35,794 nucleotides of DNA from a virus (lineage: Duplodnaviria; Caudoviricetes), in the IMG/VR virus record IMGVR_UViG_3300032335_000196, positions 1-35,794 of that record; one strand, written 5' to 3'. Positions within the stretch are counted from its first letter, which is position 1. Each line of letters opens with the position of its first letter. The translations under genes and the position numbers were made by a program. Below, one piece after another: positions 35,514 through 35,794 of this stretch. The notes under the pieces are model-generated. The model did not search any database. It was not told the DNA's origin and worked only from the letters and a program-made list of their open reading frames with translations.

Positions 35514-35794
35514 TAGTCATCACACCTTCCACCAACACATGCTCGACTTATGATCTCGTCTTCTAAATCATTGTATGCGTCAGCTTGAACAAGATGTTCT
35601 GCATGTTTCTTTTGTCTATCATATAGACTGTGGGTTGATTCTAGTACCGAACACTTGACAACCAAGCCCTTCTCACGCATCGGCTCGGCGATAATGGTTG
35701 CGATGTGATCACTTGGTTCTACACCCCATGTCTCTACTTGTTTTAAATATGTATCGTCCATGGATACTTCTACTACTACGCTAAACTTGGTCAT
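35513..35794 (-). CDS. Hypothetical phage protein (ATG at the window edge)
   Basis: 93-aa ORF ending in CVGGRCDD. Upstream context is not visible. Confidence 0.55.
   Translation of the reverse strand: MTKFSVVVEVSMDDTYLKQVETWGVEPSDHIATIIAEPMREKGLVVKCSVLESTHSLYDRQKKHAEHLVQADAYNDLEDEIISRACVGGRCDD

Noticed and set aside
1-35794. Specific host or phage genus assignment
   Set aside because: Gene content resembles aquatic proteobacterial podoviruses, but this cannot be established without database comparison.

Overview
This is about 36 kb of an AT-rich tailed bacteriophage genome with podovirus-like organisation, in two convergent arms that meet at 22233/22234. The + strand (1-22233) carries tail and fibre genes, an embedded lysis cassette (3-TM holin, GH24 lysozyme), a P22 gp10-like tail hub, a GNAT-like gene and four putative ejection proteins, the largest (1927 aa) with an HExxH metallopeptidase motif. 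The - strand (22234-35794) carries a primase-helicase, an SNF2-type helicase, a PD-(D/E)xK exonuclease, two HNH proteins, a 2OG-Fe(II) oxygenase-like gene, a family A DNA polymerase (Leu762 type), TraR-like, SleB-like, DUF3310 and VRR-NUC genes, and small ORFs. The most unusual signal is the 275-nt gap upstream of the DNA polymerase. It is almost filled by three apparent structured RNAs: two tandem copies of a double-pseudoknot fold with compensatory base changes, and a loop-E-containing three-way junction. Also notable is a repeated [FYM]-A-x-G-G motif shared between two ejection proteins. All family calls come from motif recognition by eye, with no database search. No tRNA, CRISPR array, integrase, terminase, portal or capsid gene was recognised in the window.
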